A stretch of 64,000 nucleotides of DNA from an uncultured Gammaproteobacteria bacterium (GTDB taxonomy: Bacteria > Patescibacteriota > Microgenomatia > UBA8517), in assembly GCA_964583685.1 (NCBI GenBank), contig CAZOVJ010000001.1, positions 68,033 through 132,032 of the forward strand, read 5' to 3'. Made by a program: the position numbers and the translations under genes. This document shows positions 9,136 through 18,514 of the stretch, piece after piece. The notes beneath the pieces were generated by a model, which worked only from the letters and a program-made list of their open reading frames with translations, ran no database searches and was not told where the DNA came from. Position 1 is the stretch's first letter. Each line of letters starts with the position of its first letter.

Positions 9136-9681
9136 TCAAATTTTTTCTTGATCTTTCCCGCTTTGCGCGAGAACTTTGAGGTTTAATATATAAACCAGTT
9201 TTTGCCTGTTTGCATTTAAGCTTCCAATCAAACCATATAAAGGTTTTGCCATAGCTCCTAATACCTGACCAGCCAAAACTTTTTTGTTGGGAACCTGGGA
9301 AAGTTTTGTTACTGTTTCCTTGTCTTGGAAAGTTCCTTCGATAATTCCGGCCTTAAGTTTAGGAGTCTTAAATTCCCGGATAAATTTAGCCAGTGTTTGT
9401 AAAGGAGAAATAGGGTCTTCGTCGCTAATGACTAGAGCGGTTTGGCCGCTAAGTATAGTATCGGCTAAAGTTTCTTTGCTGATTTTTGCCAATTTACCTG
9501 CTCGCTTGAAAAGAGTGTTCTTGACAACTAACATTCTGGCCCCAACTTTTTTAAGTCTTTTTTTTAAGTCTTGTTGAGCCTTCACCGTTATACCCGCAAA
9601 ATCAACTAAAATAATTGATTTTGCTGACTTTAATTCCTCAGTCAAATTTTGGACAAAAAAGGACTTTTCTTGTTTACGCAT
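9136..9681 (-). CDS. rplJ: 50S ribosomal protein L10
   Basis: Internal start MRKQEKSFFVQNLTEELKSAKSIILVDFAGITVKAQQDLKKRLKKVGARMLVVKNTL. The upstream in-frame extension to 9789 is probably leader sequence. Confidence 0.85.
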   Translation of the reverse strand: MRKQEKSFFVQNLTEELKSAKSIILVDFAGITVKAQQDLKKRLKKVGARMLVVKNTLFKRAGKLAKISKETLADTILSGQTALVISDEDPISPLQTLAKFIREFKTPKLKAGIIEGTFQDKETVTKLSQVPNKKVLAGQVLGAMAKPLYGLIGSLNANRQKLVYILNLKVLAQSGKDQEKI

Positions 9682-9689
9682 TTTAGTTT

Positions 9690-9789
9690 TTAACCTTAGG
9701 CTAAAAAAATCTCGCGCCCAAGGCGCGAGTCTATCATTTATTTTTCTCATCGCCTCGGCATGACTTACTCCGCCAGCTGGCGGATGCAT
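9690..9789 (-). promoter_or_regulatory. rplJ leader with a GC hairpin (ctcgcgcc-caa-ggcgcgag); candidate L10(L12)4 autoregulatory leader
   Basis: A perfect 8-bp GC stem directly upstream of the rplJ start, in an otherwise AT-rich context. Confidence 0.3.
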
Positions 9790-9843
9790 ACTGTCTTAGG
9801 ACAAATAGTATTATAGAGCAGATTCTGGGCTTTTGGCAAGTAT

Positions 9844-10437
9844 CTAAAGAGCAGAAAGGTCGAGCTTAATTGAAGGGCTCATGGTTGCCTTAAGATAGGC
9901 TTTGAGAATTTGCTGTTTACCAATAGCCTCAAAAATAGCTTGGGCATTTTCTACCAACTCTTTATCCTTTTGCTTTACTTTTCCAAGGATAGTATGAATT
10001 AATGGAGCCTTTTTTTCTCTTTTAAGAGTTAGTGTGCGTTTTTGTTTAGCGCTTGAATATGGTAGATTAACATTGACAGAAATTCCCTTTTTGTTTCCTT
10101 TTTTTGGACTGGACTTAACCACCAAATGAAGTTCAACTGCCCCATTGAACCTGGAATAAGAGATTTCTTTTAAAAGCTTGACAGCCTCTAAAGGAGAATA
10201 GAACTTGTTTACCTTAATTTTGCTTTTGGCCTTTTGGTATTTTTTACTCCGTTTTTTTACTTTTCTTTTCTTAGTTGCTTTAGCGACTGGAGATTTTGTT
10301 TCCTCTTTTTCTTTTTTCGGAAGAGGACCGGCTTCAACACTAACAATGCGTTCGCCACCTTTAAGACCAGGAAGGCGTACCTTCTTTTTCTTTTTGGTTT
10401 CCTCGTCACTGATAGTTACTGTTCTTGTTTTACCCAT
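9844..10437 (-). CDS. rplA: 50S ribosomal protein L1, domain-I-only form with a ~60-aa Lys-rich N-terminal extension
   Basis: YSPLEAVKLLKEISYSRFNGAVELHLVV...ISVNVNLP aligns to the L1 N-terminus and LIHTILGKV...AYLKATMSPSIKLD to the L1 C-terminus. The ~100 aa of domain II are cleanly absent in frame. Confidence 0.75.
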   Translation of the reverse strand: MGKTRTVTISDEETKKKKKVRLPGLKGGERIVSVEAGPLPKKEKEETKSPVAKATKKRKVKKRSKKYQKAKSKIKVNKFYSPLEAVKLLKEISYSRFNGAVELHLVVKSSPKKGNKKGISVNVNLPYSSAKQKRTLTLKREKKAPLIHTILGKVKQKDKELVENAQAIFEAIGKQQILKAYLKATMSPSIKLDLSAL

Positions 10438-10489
10438 ATCAGTAAAATTTCTGAATTCTTTAGGTTAATTAAAAATTAGGTCAATTGGG

Positions 10490-10921
10490 TTAATTATTTT
10501 TAACTTTTACCCCCATACTTTTGGCTGTTCCCTCAACAATTTTCATTGCTGCTTCAAGATTTTCCGTATTTAGATCCTCCATTTTCTCTTTGGCAATTTC
10601 TTTGATTTGGGTTTGAGTAAGTGTTCCAACCGTCTCTCGTGAGGTTGTGCCAGAGCCTTTTTTCAGGCTAAGTTTTTTCTTAATCATTTCCGAAACCGGC
10701 GGCAATTTTATTTCAAAATCAAAACTTCTGTCCTCAAAAACGGTGATGACAACCCGCATGATATTACCTTTCATATTGGCACTGCGCTCGTTAAAAGTTT
10801 TGACAAAATCCATGATGGCTACACCATGCTGACCCAAGGCCGGGCCAAGAGGCGGAGCAGGAGAGGCCTCTCCTGCTGGGAGATTAATCTTAATGGTTGT
10901 TTTTATCTTTTTTGCTGCCAT
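10490..10921 (-). CDS. rplK: 50S ribosomal protein L11
   Basis: [44 protein letters not shown] is the L11 N-terminal signature. Confidence 0.9.
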   Translation of the reverse strand: MAAKKIKTTIKINLPAGEASPAPPLGPALGQHGVAIMDFVKTFNERSANMKGNIMRVVITVFEDRSFDFEIKLPPVSEMIKKKLSLKKGSGTTSRETVGTLTQTQIKEIAKEKMEDLNTENLEAAMKIVEGTAKSMGVKVKNN

Positions 10922-11008
10922 ATTTAAGCTGACTAATAGTGGATTTTAACACGCAGTCATAGTTGCTGGCAAACAATTTGGCATCTTCTAATTGTAAATT
11001 TTATCTTA

Positions 11009-11344
11009 ATGAGATATATTATTTTTATGCCAGAGGAAGAATCATCAAGAGAGGTGTTTGATCCTGATGGATTTATTGAGTCCCTTGCTAAGCCTTCCCC
11101 GGGTCACTATCGAGCTGATGGAACTCTTGATGTCGAGAGAGAAATTTCCAATAAAGTGACAGCTATGGGGTTGCGCAAATCCCAGTTAGGTGGTAAGGAA
11201 ATGAAAAGAGCCGTTTTAAAGCTCCATCATACGTATTCAGAATACGGAGAGCATACTAAAAGAGAGCTTGGAAAAATCGAATCCTTGAAAGAATATGCAA
11301 ACCTGATTAATGAAAATGGGCGAACAAGGGGAGCAAAAAGTTGA
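11009..11344 (+). CDS. hypothetical protein (111 aa) on the opposite strand between rplK and nusG
   Basis: Open frame with non-repetitive, protein-like composition. No known motif. Its position is unusual. Confidence 0.3.
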   Translation: MRYIIFMPEEESSREVFDPDGFIESLAKPSPGHYRADGTLDVEREISNKVTAMGLRKSQLGGKEMKRAVLKLHHTYSEYGEHTKRELGKIESLKEYANLINENGRTRGAKS

Positions 11345-11608
11345 AGGAAGAAGATACCCTTCAAACATAGATGTTATCGAGCACGATGACGAAGAGTACC
11401 ATGTACTAGGCATGAGCCAAACGGGTAACACTTCTCAGGATAGATATCTTCTAAGAAGCCTTAACTAAGGAGGGGAAATAAAGCGGTTGCATGGGGCCAG
11501 ATTTATGCCTCTTAAGCAGTAAAGAGAACCGAAGGAAAGAGAAGTTTATAGAAAGGGAGAAGGAATAAAGGTAACTGGTAGACTTGTTGGTGGCAGAGAG
11601 GTTAAAGA

Positions 11609-12175
11609 TTAAACCTTGGTCACTTGTAAAATGTCCAGCTCTACTGGTGTTTCCCGGCCAAAGATTGAAATTAGAACTTTGATTTTCCCCTTTTCTTCAT
11701 CGACTTCACTAATGGTTCCCAGGAAATCAGTAAATGGCCCGTCAGTGATTTTTACGGCTTCTCCTATGGAAAGCCGGGTCTTGAAACGGGGAGCAGGCGA
11801 GGAAATGAATTTTTTGATATTTTTTATTTCCTTTTCTAAAAGAGCGGTAGGTTTATTGCCTGAACCGACAAAGCCGGTAATCCCCGGAGTTGTCCTCACC
11901 GCCAGCCAGGTGGCTTCGTCAAGAAGCATTTTAATCAAAAGATAGCCTGGAAAAATCTTCTCGTTTATCTTTATCTTTTTCCCAGAGCGGATGATCACTC
12001 TTTCTTGGGTAGGGACTAGAAGTTCAAAAACTTTGCCGTCCAAACCCATGGTTTCAATCCTCTGTTTGAGTGTTTCTGAGACCCGAACCTCATGGCCGGA
12101 GGCTGTGTGGACAACATACCAGGCAGCCTGAGGATTCTTGGTTTTTTTAATAATTATGTGACCTGATTTATTCAT
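11609..12175 (-). CDS. nusG: transcription termination/antitermination factor NusG
   Basis: WYVVHTASGHEVRVSETL (NGN domain) and a C-terminal KOW region (GEAVKITDGPFTDFLGTISEVD..KIKVLISIFGRETPVEL). Confidence 0.9.
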   Translation of the reverse strand: MNKSGHIIIKKTKNPQAAWYVVHTASGHEVRVSETLKQRIETMGLDGKVFELLVPTQERVIIRSGKKIKINEKIFPGYLLIKMLLDEATWLAVRTTPGITGFVGSGNKPTALLEKEIKNIKKFISSPAPRFKTRLSIGEAVKITDGPFTDFLGTISEVDEEKGKIKVLISIFGRETPVELDILQVTKV

Positions 12176-12178
12176 AGA

Positions 12179-12382
12179 TTATTTACCAACAAGAACTTGA
12201 AGTAATTTGGTAAAGGCAAAATCCAGCCCACCAACATACAAACCTACTACTGCGGAGATTATCAGAACAGTTAAAGTAAGTTTGACGACCTCTTTTTTAC
12301 TTGGCCAAATTACTTTATTAAGTTCGGACCTAACCTCTCGTAAATATTTGAATATTGGTTTCACGGAAAATAATTTTATCAT
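12179..12382 (-). CDS. secE: preprotein translocase subunit SecE
   Basis: Single C-terminal TM helix. REVRSELNKVIWPSKKEV..LTVLIISAVVGLYVGGLDF is the SecE pattern. It lies immediately upstream of nusG. Confidence 0.85.
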   Translation of the reverse strand: MIKLFSVKPIFKYLREVRSELNKVIWPSKKEVVKLTLTVLIISAVVGLYVGGLDFAFTKLLQVLVGK

Positions 12383-12407
12383 GAAGCCCAGCCTGAGAGC
12401 AAATTTT

Positions 12408-12602
12408 TTAAGACTTAACAGCCCTTTTCTTTTCCAACTCTATTCTGTACTTTTTAATGTATTTTTCCTTTTTCCTTTTCTCGGCCGGTTTTTCATAGCG
12501 AGCTCTTTCTCGATACTCTTTGATTAAACGCGAAGATATTTTGCGGAAGCGCGAGATGAGTTGATTTTCTGTTTCTCCTCTCTGCTTTTTGACCACAACC
12601 AT
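12408..12602 (-). CDS. rpsU: 30S ribosomal protein S21-like
   Basis: VVVKKQRGETENQLISRFRKISSRLIKEYRERARYEKPAEKRKKE resembles the S21 consensus (V.V..nE..d.AlRRFKR..ek.G...E.rrr.fYEKP.e.rKr). Confidence 0.65.
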   Translation of the reverse strand: MVVVKKQRGETENQLISRFRKISSRLIKEYRERARYEKPAEKRKKEKYIKKYRIELEKKRAVKS

Positions 12603-12714
12603 TGATAATCGCCCCCTTTCGCATAGATGTCAGCATACTTCCATCACCTGAGTGTATTTTAGCAGATTATTCAAGAGTAAAAAAGGGCTTTTTTTAGGTT
12701 GGGGGACTTGATTT

Positions 12715-13407
12715 TTAAAAACTCAATTTCGCTTGTGAGATTTTAGACTTTTCTTCTTTTGGAATGACTGTCAACATCCAGCCACCAGTCCTTGCCCAGG
12801 CTAAGTAAAGTTCATCTTGTTCAAGTTCCTTAATAGCAAGAAAGGGGTCGCGAATTAAATATTTATTTAGCTTTTTACCAATGACCAATATACCTTGGTT
12901 ATAGTCTTGTTTTGGACTGTGATAAAGGTGTTGACCCCTGACAAGAAGTAAAACCGGAGTCTTTCTGTAAAGATGGAAATCAATATTTTCAAGTTTTGGC
13001 AGTTGGATTTTAAACTTGCCACCTGCTCTGACAAAAGCGATTTCTTTATCAATTATTTTTTTATCAGCCCATTTTTTCTTGGCCTTTTTAAGGCTTTTTA
13101 GAGCGTTGATAAAAGATGAACTTCTTTTTTTGGACTCATTCATCGTTGCCTCGTCCCAGCATTGCCAGTCGTTGTGATGAATTGTTACTTTATGACCCTT
13201 TTGCAATACTAACCTGCCAACATCTGTTAAGTATATTCCAGAAAGACCTGAGTGTTTTTTATAGACATGAAGCTTTTTCCAAATCTCTTTTTTAGTGATT
13301 TTTTCATTATTGAAACGAAAAAGCATTAGGGTACAGGCGCGCAAGCAATCATCACTACCAGGTTGTTGGCGAACCAAGCTAATATTTAAGGGAGTAATAT
13401 CCATCAT
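12715..13407 (-). CDS. papain-fold cysteine peptidase, C39-like family
   Basis: N-terminal VRQQPGSDDCLRACTLML resembles the C39 Q...C(G)xAxLxM motif. A His-containing stretch follows (HHNDWQCWDE). Confidence 0.45.
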   Translation of the reverse strand: MMDITPLNISLVRQQPGSDDCLRACTLMLFRFNNEKITKKEIWKKLHVYKKHSGLSGIYLTDVGRLVLQKGHKVTIHHNDWQCWDEATMNESKKRSSSFINALKSLKKAKKKWADKKIIDKEIAFVRAGGKFKIQLPKLENIDFHLYRKTPVLLLVRGQHLYHSPKQDYNQGILVIGKKLNKYLIRDPFLAIKELEQDELYLAWARTGGWMLTVIPKEEKSKISQAKLSF

Positions 13408-13465
13408 ACCCTATATTTTAGCATAAAGTTAGTGATAAAATATATTTTAAAGATTTTGTACGCAG

Positions 13466-14080
13466 ATGAAAGAAATAGAAAGTTTTTCATTAGATGACCT
13501 TGGCGATACGCCAGTTCCTGAGGCAATCAGACAAGTATTAAAAAAGGAAGGTAAACCAAGGAACGACGAGGAAAAAAATTATTTTACAGGCCAGGTTTTT
13601 CAAATGATTGGCTGTTATATTATGCGAACTCGCCTGGTAGAAGGAGAGCGCCTCTTAACTCCGGAGGAAACCCTGGCCTATTTTACAGGTTTTTATTCGG
13701 AGGCTACATTGATAGAGAGGAAATATGGTACCTCTTCTTTATGGGAAGTTCCTGTGCCTGACGGCCTACTTTTTAAGGATGGCGACCAGAAAATATATGA
13801 TCTCGGGCAACTCGTGGCGGTCTATGAATATACTGTAGTAAGAAACTTACGTGCTTATATTAAAGGTAAAAAAAGGGGTTTTTTGGAATTTAGGGAAGTT
13901 TTCCCTACTCTTCCAGGAGAAGAAATTGAGTTAAGATTTGTAGTACCTCTTGATCGGGAAACGTACGAACTGGAGGATTTAATAGAGGGAATGAGCATAG
14001 AGCGCTTGGGTTTTAATTCTCATCAGTTTCATCAGTACTTAATGAAATTTCTCGGCCCATCTCCGAGGAGAAGCCGCTAG
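13466..14080 (+). CDS. hypothetical protein
   Basis: 204-aa ORF with no recognisable motifs. Confidence 0.45.
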   Translation: MKEIESFSLDDLGDTPVPEAIRQVLKKEGKPRNDEEKNYFTGQVFQMIGCYIMRTRLVEGERLLTPEETLAYFTGFYSEATLIERKYGTSSLWEVPVPDGLLFKDGDQKIYDLGQLVAVYEYTVVRNLRAYIKGKKRGFLEFREVFPTLPGEEIELRFVVPLDRETYELEDLIEGMSIERLGFNSHQFHQYLMKFLGPSPRRSR

Positions 14081-14286
14081 GCGCCCGTGACCTTACTCTT
14101 CTTTAATTTGCCGAGCTAGATAATTGTGGCAAAATTCTACATTTGGGCCACAACGTGTTTCGCAAGGTGGATTTACCTCCTCTTCCCATTCCTGACAGGC
14201 TATAGTTATAAGGAAATACTATAAGAAATAATAACAGGAAAAAAATCGCAGTCAAGAGGATATTGTGTTAGAATACTGGAAATTTC

Positions 14287-14832
14287 ATGACCAGAGAAAA
14301 TTTCCAGGCTAGCCCAGACATCAGAGAAAGAGAGAAAAGAATGGAGGTTGGGGCAATCTATGCAAACCAATTTCTTGATGAAGTGCTTATACCAGTAGAT
14401 AAAAAACTGAGGTTGAGCTCAGCGATGCCATTAGGTGACCTTTTAGACCCTTTATTTAAAAACTTCATAGGAGATAGAAAAATAACTTGTCTTGAAAGAG
14501 ATGATGTTTTCTCTGTTCTTAATGAGCGGGTTAAACATCCTGTATCTGATGATGACTTAGGGCAATTAAAGAATATCCGAGAAGAGGTCGAAAGGTGGCG
14601 TGGCGAACATAGAAAAGCAGAGGGAGATGACACAATCGATGAAAGACGAGAAATTAAGCAGATGCTAGCTGAAATTAGAAGAAGAAGGGGAAATCTTGAA
14701 AATCGAAGAGAAAGAGGGCGGGAAAAATTGCACAAAAGAGCGCAAAGAAGGGAGAAATGGCTAAGGAAGTGGGGTATTACAGAAAGTGACTTGCTTAATT
14801 TCATTCTCACTACTCCGCCTGCTCGCCTATAA
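14287..14832 (+). CDS. hypothetical protein, highly charged (Arg/Glu-rich C-terminal half)
   Basis: ORF preceded by tgttagaat (14266-14274), 12 nt upstream of the ATG. Confidence 0.45.
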   Translation: MTRENFQASPDIREREKRMEVGAIYANQFLDEVLIPVDKKLRLSSAMPLGDLLDPLFKNFIGDRKITCLERDDVFSVLNERVKHPVSDDDLGQLKNIREEVERWRGEHRKAEGDDTIDERREIKQMLAEIRRRRGNLENRRERGREKLHKRAQRREKWLRKWGITESDLLNFILTTPPARL

Positions 14833-14906
14833 AGCGAACTTTGCCCGGTTCAAATTAGTTCAGACCAGGAGTTAGATTGTATAGAGTAGGAGAACAGAGA
14901 TTTGAT

Positions 14907-15233
14907 TTACTCAACTGCCCCAGAAGGAGAACTAGGTGGGGATACTCTTAATTTCTCGGAAAAACTCAAGTCGGTTGAGCCCTTGCCGTGTTTGTTGAGG
15001 TAAATAACCCTTCTCATGGCACCTGTTTTTCCAGTACTTCTTCTATGTCCCAAAAATAAAGTACAACTTAAAGCTATTGCTTTTATTCCTTTCTTTTCAG
15101 CTTCTGACGGGTTCATTTCAACTGTGATATCTTCACCTGTTCTCGTTTTGTAGACACCGTCTCTATCAGGAAGATCGGCAATTACCCTCCCTGCTCCTTC
15201 TGGTTCTCTTATAATCTCTATTTTAGGACTCAT
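14907..15233 (-). CDS. hypothetical protein
   Basis: 108-aa ORF, no motif recognised. Confidence 0.35.
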   Translation of the reverse strand: MSPKIEIIREPEGAGRVIADLPDRDGVYKTRTGEDITVEMNPSEAEKKGIKAIALSCTLFLGHRRSTGKTGAMRRVIYLNKHGKGSTDLSFSEKLRVSPPSSPSGAVE

Positions 15234-15303
15234 CGGAAATATATTTTACAAAAAAAGTAGACGATTTGTAAATCATTGGGTTTTTGTAAGAACTAGTGAA
15301 TTT

Positions 15304-15798
15304 TTAATCTGTAATTTTGAAGGTCGAAATAATTTCAGTGTTTTCTTCCTCTTTAGTAATGTCTGCAACAGTAATGTATTTATCTCCAATTTTATTAACC
15401 ACCAAATCATTGGATGGATATTTACTTTCATATTCGGATTGACTGTCCCAAGCTTCAATTGCAATGTCATAAGATTGGCCTCCTCCATAAAGTAAAACAA
15501 CTCCCTTAGGCCAGCCATAAAGGTTTTCCTGGTCATCTAAGGCTTGAAAGTTTTCTGGATATGATATTTCAAAACCATACTCTGAATTTTTATAAGTTAA
15601 CCAATTAGGTGGTATGTTTGTTTCTTGCGCAGTTTCTGTAGGTTGTGGTTCAGTTGCCGGAATCGGACTAGAAGTAGGTGAAGGAGTTTGTTGACTTGTT
15701 GACCTGCGATTTTGTGTTCCTAAATAATAAGCTCCTGTAGCTCCTAATATTGCTACAACAATAATTATTGCAATTAGTAATAAACTCTTTTGTTTCAC
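15304..15798 (-). CDS. membrane-anchored or secreted hypothetical protein
   Basis: N-terminal signal/TM helix (KSLLLIAIIIVVAILGATGAYYL), then a Pro/Thr/Ser-rich linker and a globular domain. Confidence 0.5.
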   Translation of the reverse strand: MKQKSLLLIAIIIVVAILGATGAYYLGTQNRRSTSQQTPSPTSSPIPATEPQPTETAQETNIPPNWLTYKNSEYGFEISYPENFQALDDQENLYGWPKGVVLLYGGGQSYDIAIEAWDSQSEYESKYPSNDLVVNKIGDKYITVADITKEEENTEIISTFKITD

Positions 15799-16072
15799 GA
15801 TTCAATATTATTTGGGAATAATAAGGAGGTCAATAGACAAACTGTATCAGCAGGCCCTAGTACCTATCCGCCCCTTTGGCGGAAACATTGTTAGAAGTTG
15901 GTTCAAACAAGAAATCAAGGAAACAGAGGATGTTCATCTCGCTCTTCTCGTACCCAAGAAATTGGCCACTCAGGTGACTGTTTTTGTGCATCAGCATACT
16001 CTGATTGTGTAACTTCCGCATCTACTTCCGCAAGAAGTAGTTTCTGTAAAAAGGTAATGCATTCTTTCGTGC

Positions 16073-16555
16073 TTAGTTCCTCAGGCTTTTCCCCCTTTTT
16101 TCGTCATTCACTCTTTCCATGAACAAACTAACTATCCCTTCCCAGCCAGGGCAAAAAAATTTCTGAGATGTATCTATTTGAGTTGCCCCAAGACTAAACT
16201 GACGATTTATACTTGAAGAGGTTGACTCAAAAATTTCAAGAGAAAAACTACTCGCCCTATCCTCCCCTGTAAATATAACGTAAAACGAGGTATAGTATTT
16301 TGTCTCGTCGTCTCTTCTAAGAGTAACCCAATAAAATTTCTCATAGGGATCATCTTTGGAATCTTGTGGTACAAGTTGTACAAAACCGCCGTCCTGAATA
16401 TCCTGTAGCACTTTATGAACAGTTTGCCGAAGCAGTTGTTGGAGCTGTTTGTCTTCTTGTCTCTCTCTTCTTATCTTTCCAATAACAGGAATGTTGTCAA
16501 GCAATCGCTTTACATGGTCCTCCAAACCTTGGGCTGGCTTTCTCTCAAGTGACAT
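16073..16555 (-). CDS. hypothetical protein
   Basis: 160-aa ORF, no motif recognised. Confidence 0.4.
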   Translation of the reverse strand: MSLERKPAQGLEDHVKRLLDNIPVIGKIRRERQEDKQLQQLLRQTVHKVLQDIQDGGFVQLVPQDSKDDPYEKFYWVTLRRDDETKYYTSFYVIFTGEDRASSFSLEIFESTSSSINRQFSLGATQIDTSQKFFCPGWEGIVSLFMERVNDEKRGKSLRN

Positions 16556-16634
16556 AAGGGGATTATAACACTGAAGAAGATGGGAAGTATATCAAACTAT
16601 ATCAGCAGATTATGGAGAATTACTCCAGAGGATA

Positions 16635-17240
16635 TTATTCCGAATAGAGACGGTTTTTGCTCTGGATTGCCTTGTGAACTTTGTCAATCTGTTTTTTGAA
16701 ATAGGCCATGCTTTCGATATTTACTATTGTGTAATCGGCCATAGCGATTGGGCCGCCTTTTTCTAAGTTTTCAATTTCGGCATAATCTCTTCTTTTTGCC
16801 CCTTTTTTAGTGAAAGGACGATACCTTAAATCTTTGTCATTTTTGGGTATAGTACGATTGACCAGTCTTTTATGTCGTAAATTCGGAGGAGCGTAGATAG
16901 CAATAACAATCACCTGGTTAGCGAATTTTCTTTTTAGATATTTATACTCCGACCAGCTGTATAGACAATCAGCAACGACATTGTGTTTTTTCAGGAGTTT
17001 TTTGAATTTTGGGTAATTTAGGATTGCGTAGGTGGCCATTCCGTATTTTTTCCTGATTGCTTTTCTTATTTTTCTTTCGTTCTTTTCGTTGACCTTGAGC
17101 CGTTTTCTTTTAATTTCATCAAGAGTAATTTGTCCAAAACGGACAAATCTATAGCCTTTTTTGACAAAATAATCGGCTAAAACACTTTTACCCGCTCCCG
17201 GCATGCCCGTTATACAAACTATTTTGTTCATGCTACCCAC
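16635..17240 (-). CDS. P-loop nucleoside/nucleotide kinase-family protein
   Basis: Walker A ITGMPGAGKS at the N-terminus. Size and layout resemble small NMP/dephospho-CoA kinase-like P-loop kinases. The specific family is not resolved. Confidence 0.55.
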   Translation of the reverse strand: MGSMNKIVCITGMPGAGKSVLADYFVKKGYRFVRFGQITLDEIKRKRLKVNEKNERKIRKAIRKKYGMATYAILNYPKFKKLLKKHNVVADCLYSWSEYKYLKRKFANQVIVIAIYAPPNLRHKRLVNRTIPKNDKDLRYRPFTKKGAKRRDYAEIENLEKGGPIAMADYTIVNIESMAYFKKQIDKVHKAIQSKNRLYSE

Positions 17241-17258
17241 CTAAGCACTTTGTCTGCT

Positions 17259-17651
17259 TTATACAAAGACAATATACCCCAGAAGATGTTCAAACTCGTT
17301 CGGGCCAGCACCTAGATTGTATAGACGAGATGTTAGTGAAAGCACGACGAATCCCCAACAAATTCCAGTTACAAGGAGTGAGAGCAAGATTAGAATAAGG
17401 GCATATTTAAAATATTTTTGACGTGTTTCTTCTCGACCAAGAAAAAGCTTTACCCAGAGAAAGATGTTTGTAGCCCCTAGTAAGGTAATAGTACCCAAAA
17501 TGAGATAGCTACCTAGGAAGTTAGATTGAATGGCAAGTTCTGAGGAGAGGGTTTTTAGACCGGGGATGACAGAGAAAACTAAAACAAAGGAGAGAATTAT
17601 TTGCAACAAGCCAAAGATTAGATTGATGATTCCTGCTAGCTTATATTTCAC
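17259..17651 (-). CDS. small integral membrane protein (4 predicted TM helices)
   Basis: Hydrophobic segments throughout. It contains copy 1 of a 30-bp direct repeat. Confidence 0.5.
   Translation of the reverse strand: MKYKLAGIINLIFGLLQIILSFVLVFSVIPGLKTLSSELAIQSNFLGSYLILGTITLLGATNIFLWVKLFLGREETRQKYFKYALILILLSLLVTGICWGFVVLSLTSRLYNLGAGPNEFEHLLGYIVFV
17345..17374. repeat. 30-bp direct repeat copy 1 (cgacgaatccccaacaaattccagttacaa)
   Basis: Identical 30-mer recurs at 17739-17768. Confidence 0.8.
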
Positions 17652-17738
17652 AATTATATTTTAGCAGAAACATTATTTCTTTGATATTGTTTCCTTAGTG
17701 GGGGTTATTTTTAATTTCTGCCTTTCTGGTTCTGATTG

Positions 17739-17768
17739 CGACGAATCCCCAACAAATTCCAGTTACAA
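17739..17768. repeat. 30-bp direct repeat copy 2
   Basis: Identical to 17345-17374. It lies about 90 nt upstream of the start of the same small membrane-protein gene. Confidence 0.8.
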
Positions 17769-17796
17769 TAACAAGAGATTTTGTTAGAATTTATCT

Positions 17797-18396
17797 ATGA
17801 TTAAAGTAATAATATTTGATTGGGGTGGGGTTTTAACAAAAGGGAGACATACAGATTCGATTATAAGATTGCTTGAGAAGAAGTTTAATACATCTATAAA
17901 AAACCACAGGCCTAGTTTTGTTAGCTTCATGGATATGATTGACTTTAAGGATATTGGTTTTGAGGATTTTGTCGACAGGGTAAATAGAGAATTTCAATTA
18001 GGTATTACAACAGAAGAGATGAGGGCTATCTTTAGTCAAGCAATTATTCCCAATAAAGAAGTTCTTAATTTGGTGCGGGGATTGAGGAAAGAATATAGGG
18101 TCGTGGCTTTATCCAATAATAGCAAAGTCACTGTTCATTTGTTGAAAACTAGCCATGAGAGCACTCTTGATTTATTCGAAAAGGCATATATCTCTTTCGA
18201 AGTTGGCAAACATAAACCAAACAGAGATTTTTTTGAATATGTACTGGACGATTTGAATTTAGAAGCTGGCCAATGTGTCTTTATAGATGACAACCAGAAA
18301 AATGTTGAGGTAGCAGGGAAGATTGGAATAAACTCAATTCTTTACAAAAATGCAAAGCAACTCGAGAAAGACTTAAAGAATTGTTTGAAAATCTGA
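17797..18396 (+). CDS. HAD-superfamily hydrolase (subfamily IA-like)
   Basis: MIKVIIFDWGGVLT is the DxG HAD motif I. Later SNN and (F)IDDN are motifs III/IV. tgttagaat sits 6 nt upstream of the ATG. Confidence 0.8.
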   Translation: MIKVIIFDWGGVLTKGRHTDSIIRLLEKKFNTSIKNHRPSFVSFMDMIDFKDIGFEDFVDRVNREFQLGITTEEMRAIFSQAIIPNKEVLNLVRGLRKEYRVVALSNNSKVTVHLLKTSHESTLDLFEKAYISFEVGKHKPNRDFFEYVLDDLNLEAGQCVFIDDNQKNVEVAGKIGINSILYKNAKQLEKDLKNCLKI

Positions 18397-18514
18397 AAGC
18401 ATTTAAATATCAAGCTCTTTCCTCCAGATTCTGGTGAACTTTGCCTTGCCACTCCGTTGTTTCGAGAACCAGGAACTTCTTTTGCTTAAATTTCTATACT
18501 GCAGTAAAATTCGA

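Noticed and set aside
12603-12714. A/T hairpin (aaaaaaggg-c-ttttttt) as a rho-independent terminator
   Set aside because: The stem is almost pure A-T and is not followed by a proper U-tract in the transcribed orientation. More likely just a 5'UTR.
18434-18514. Upstream extension of xth to the ATG at 18434
   Set aside because: The extension (MNFALPLRCFENQELLLLKFLYCSKIR) has no counterpart in Xth proteins, which begin at the (M)KIISWNVNG motif. A GTG at 18515 fits better.
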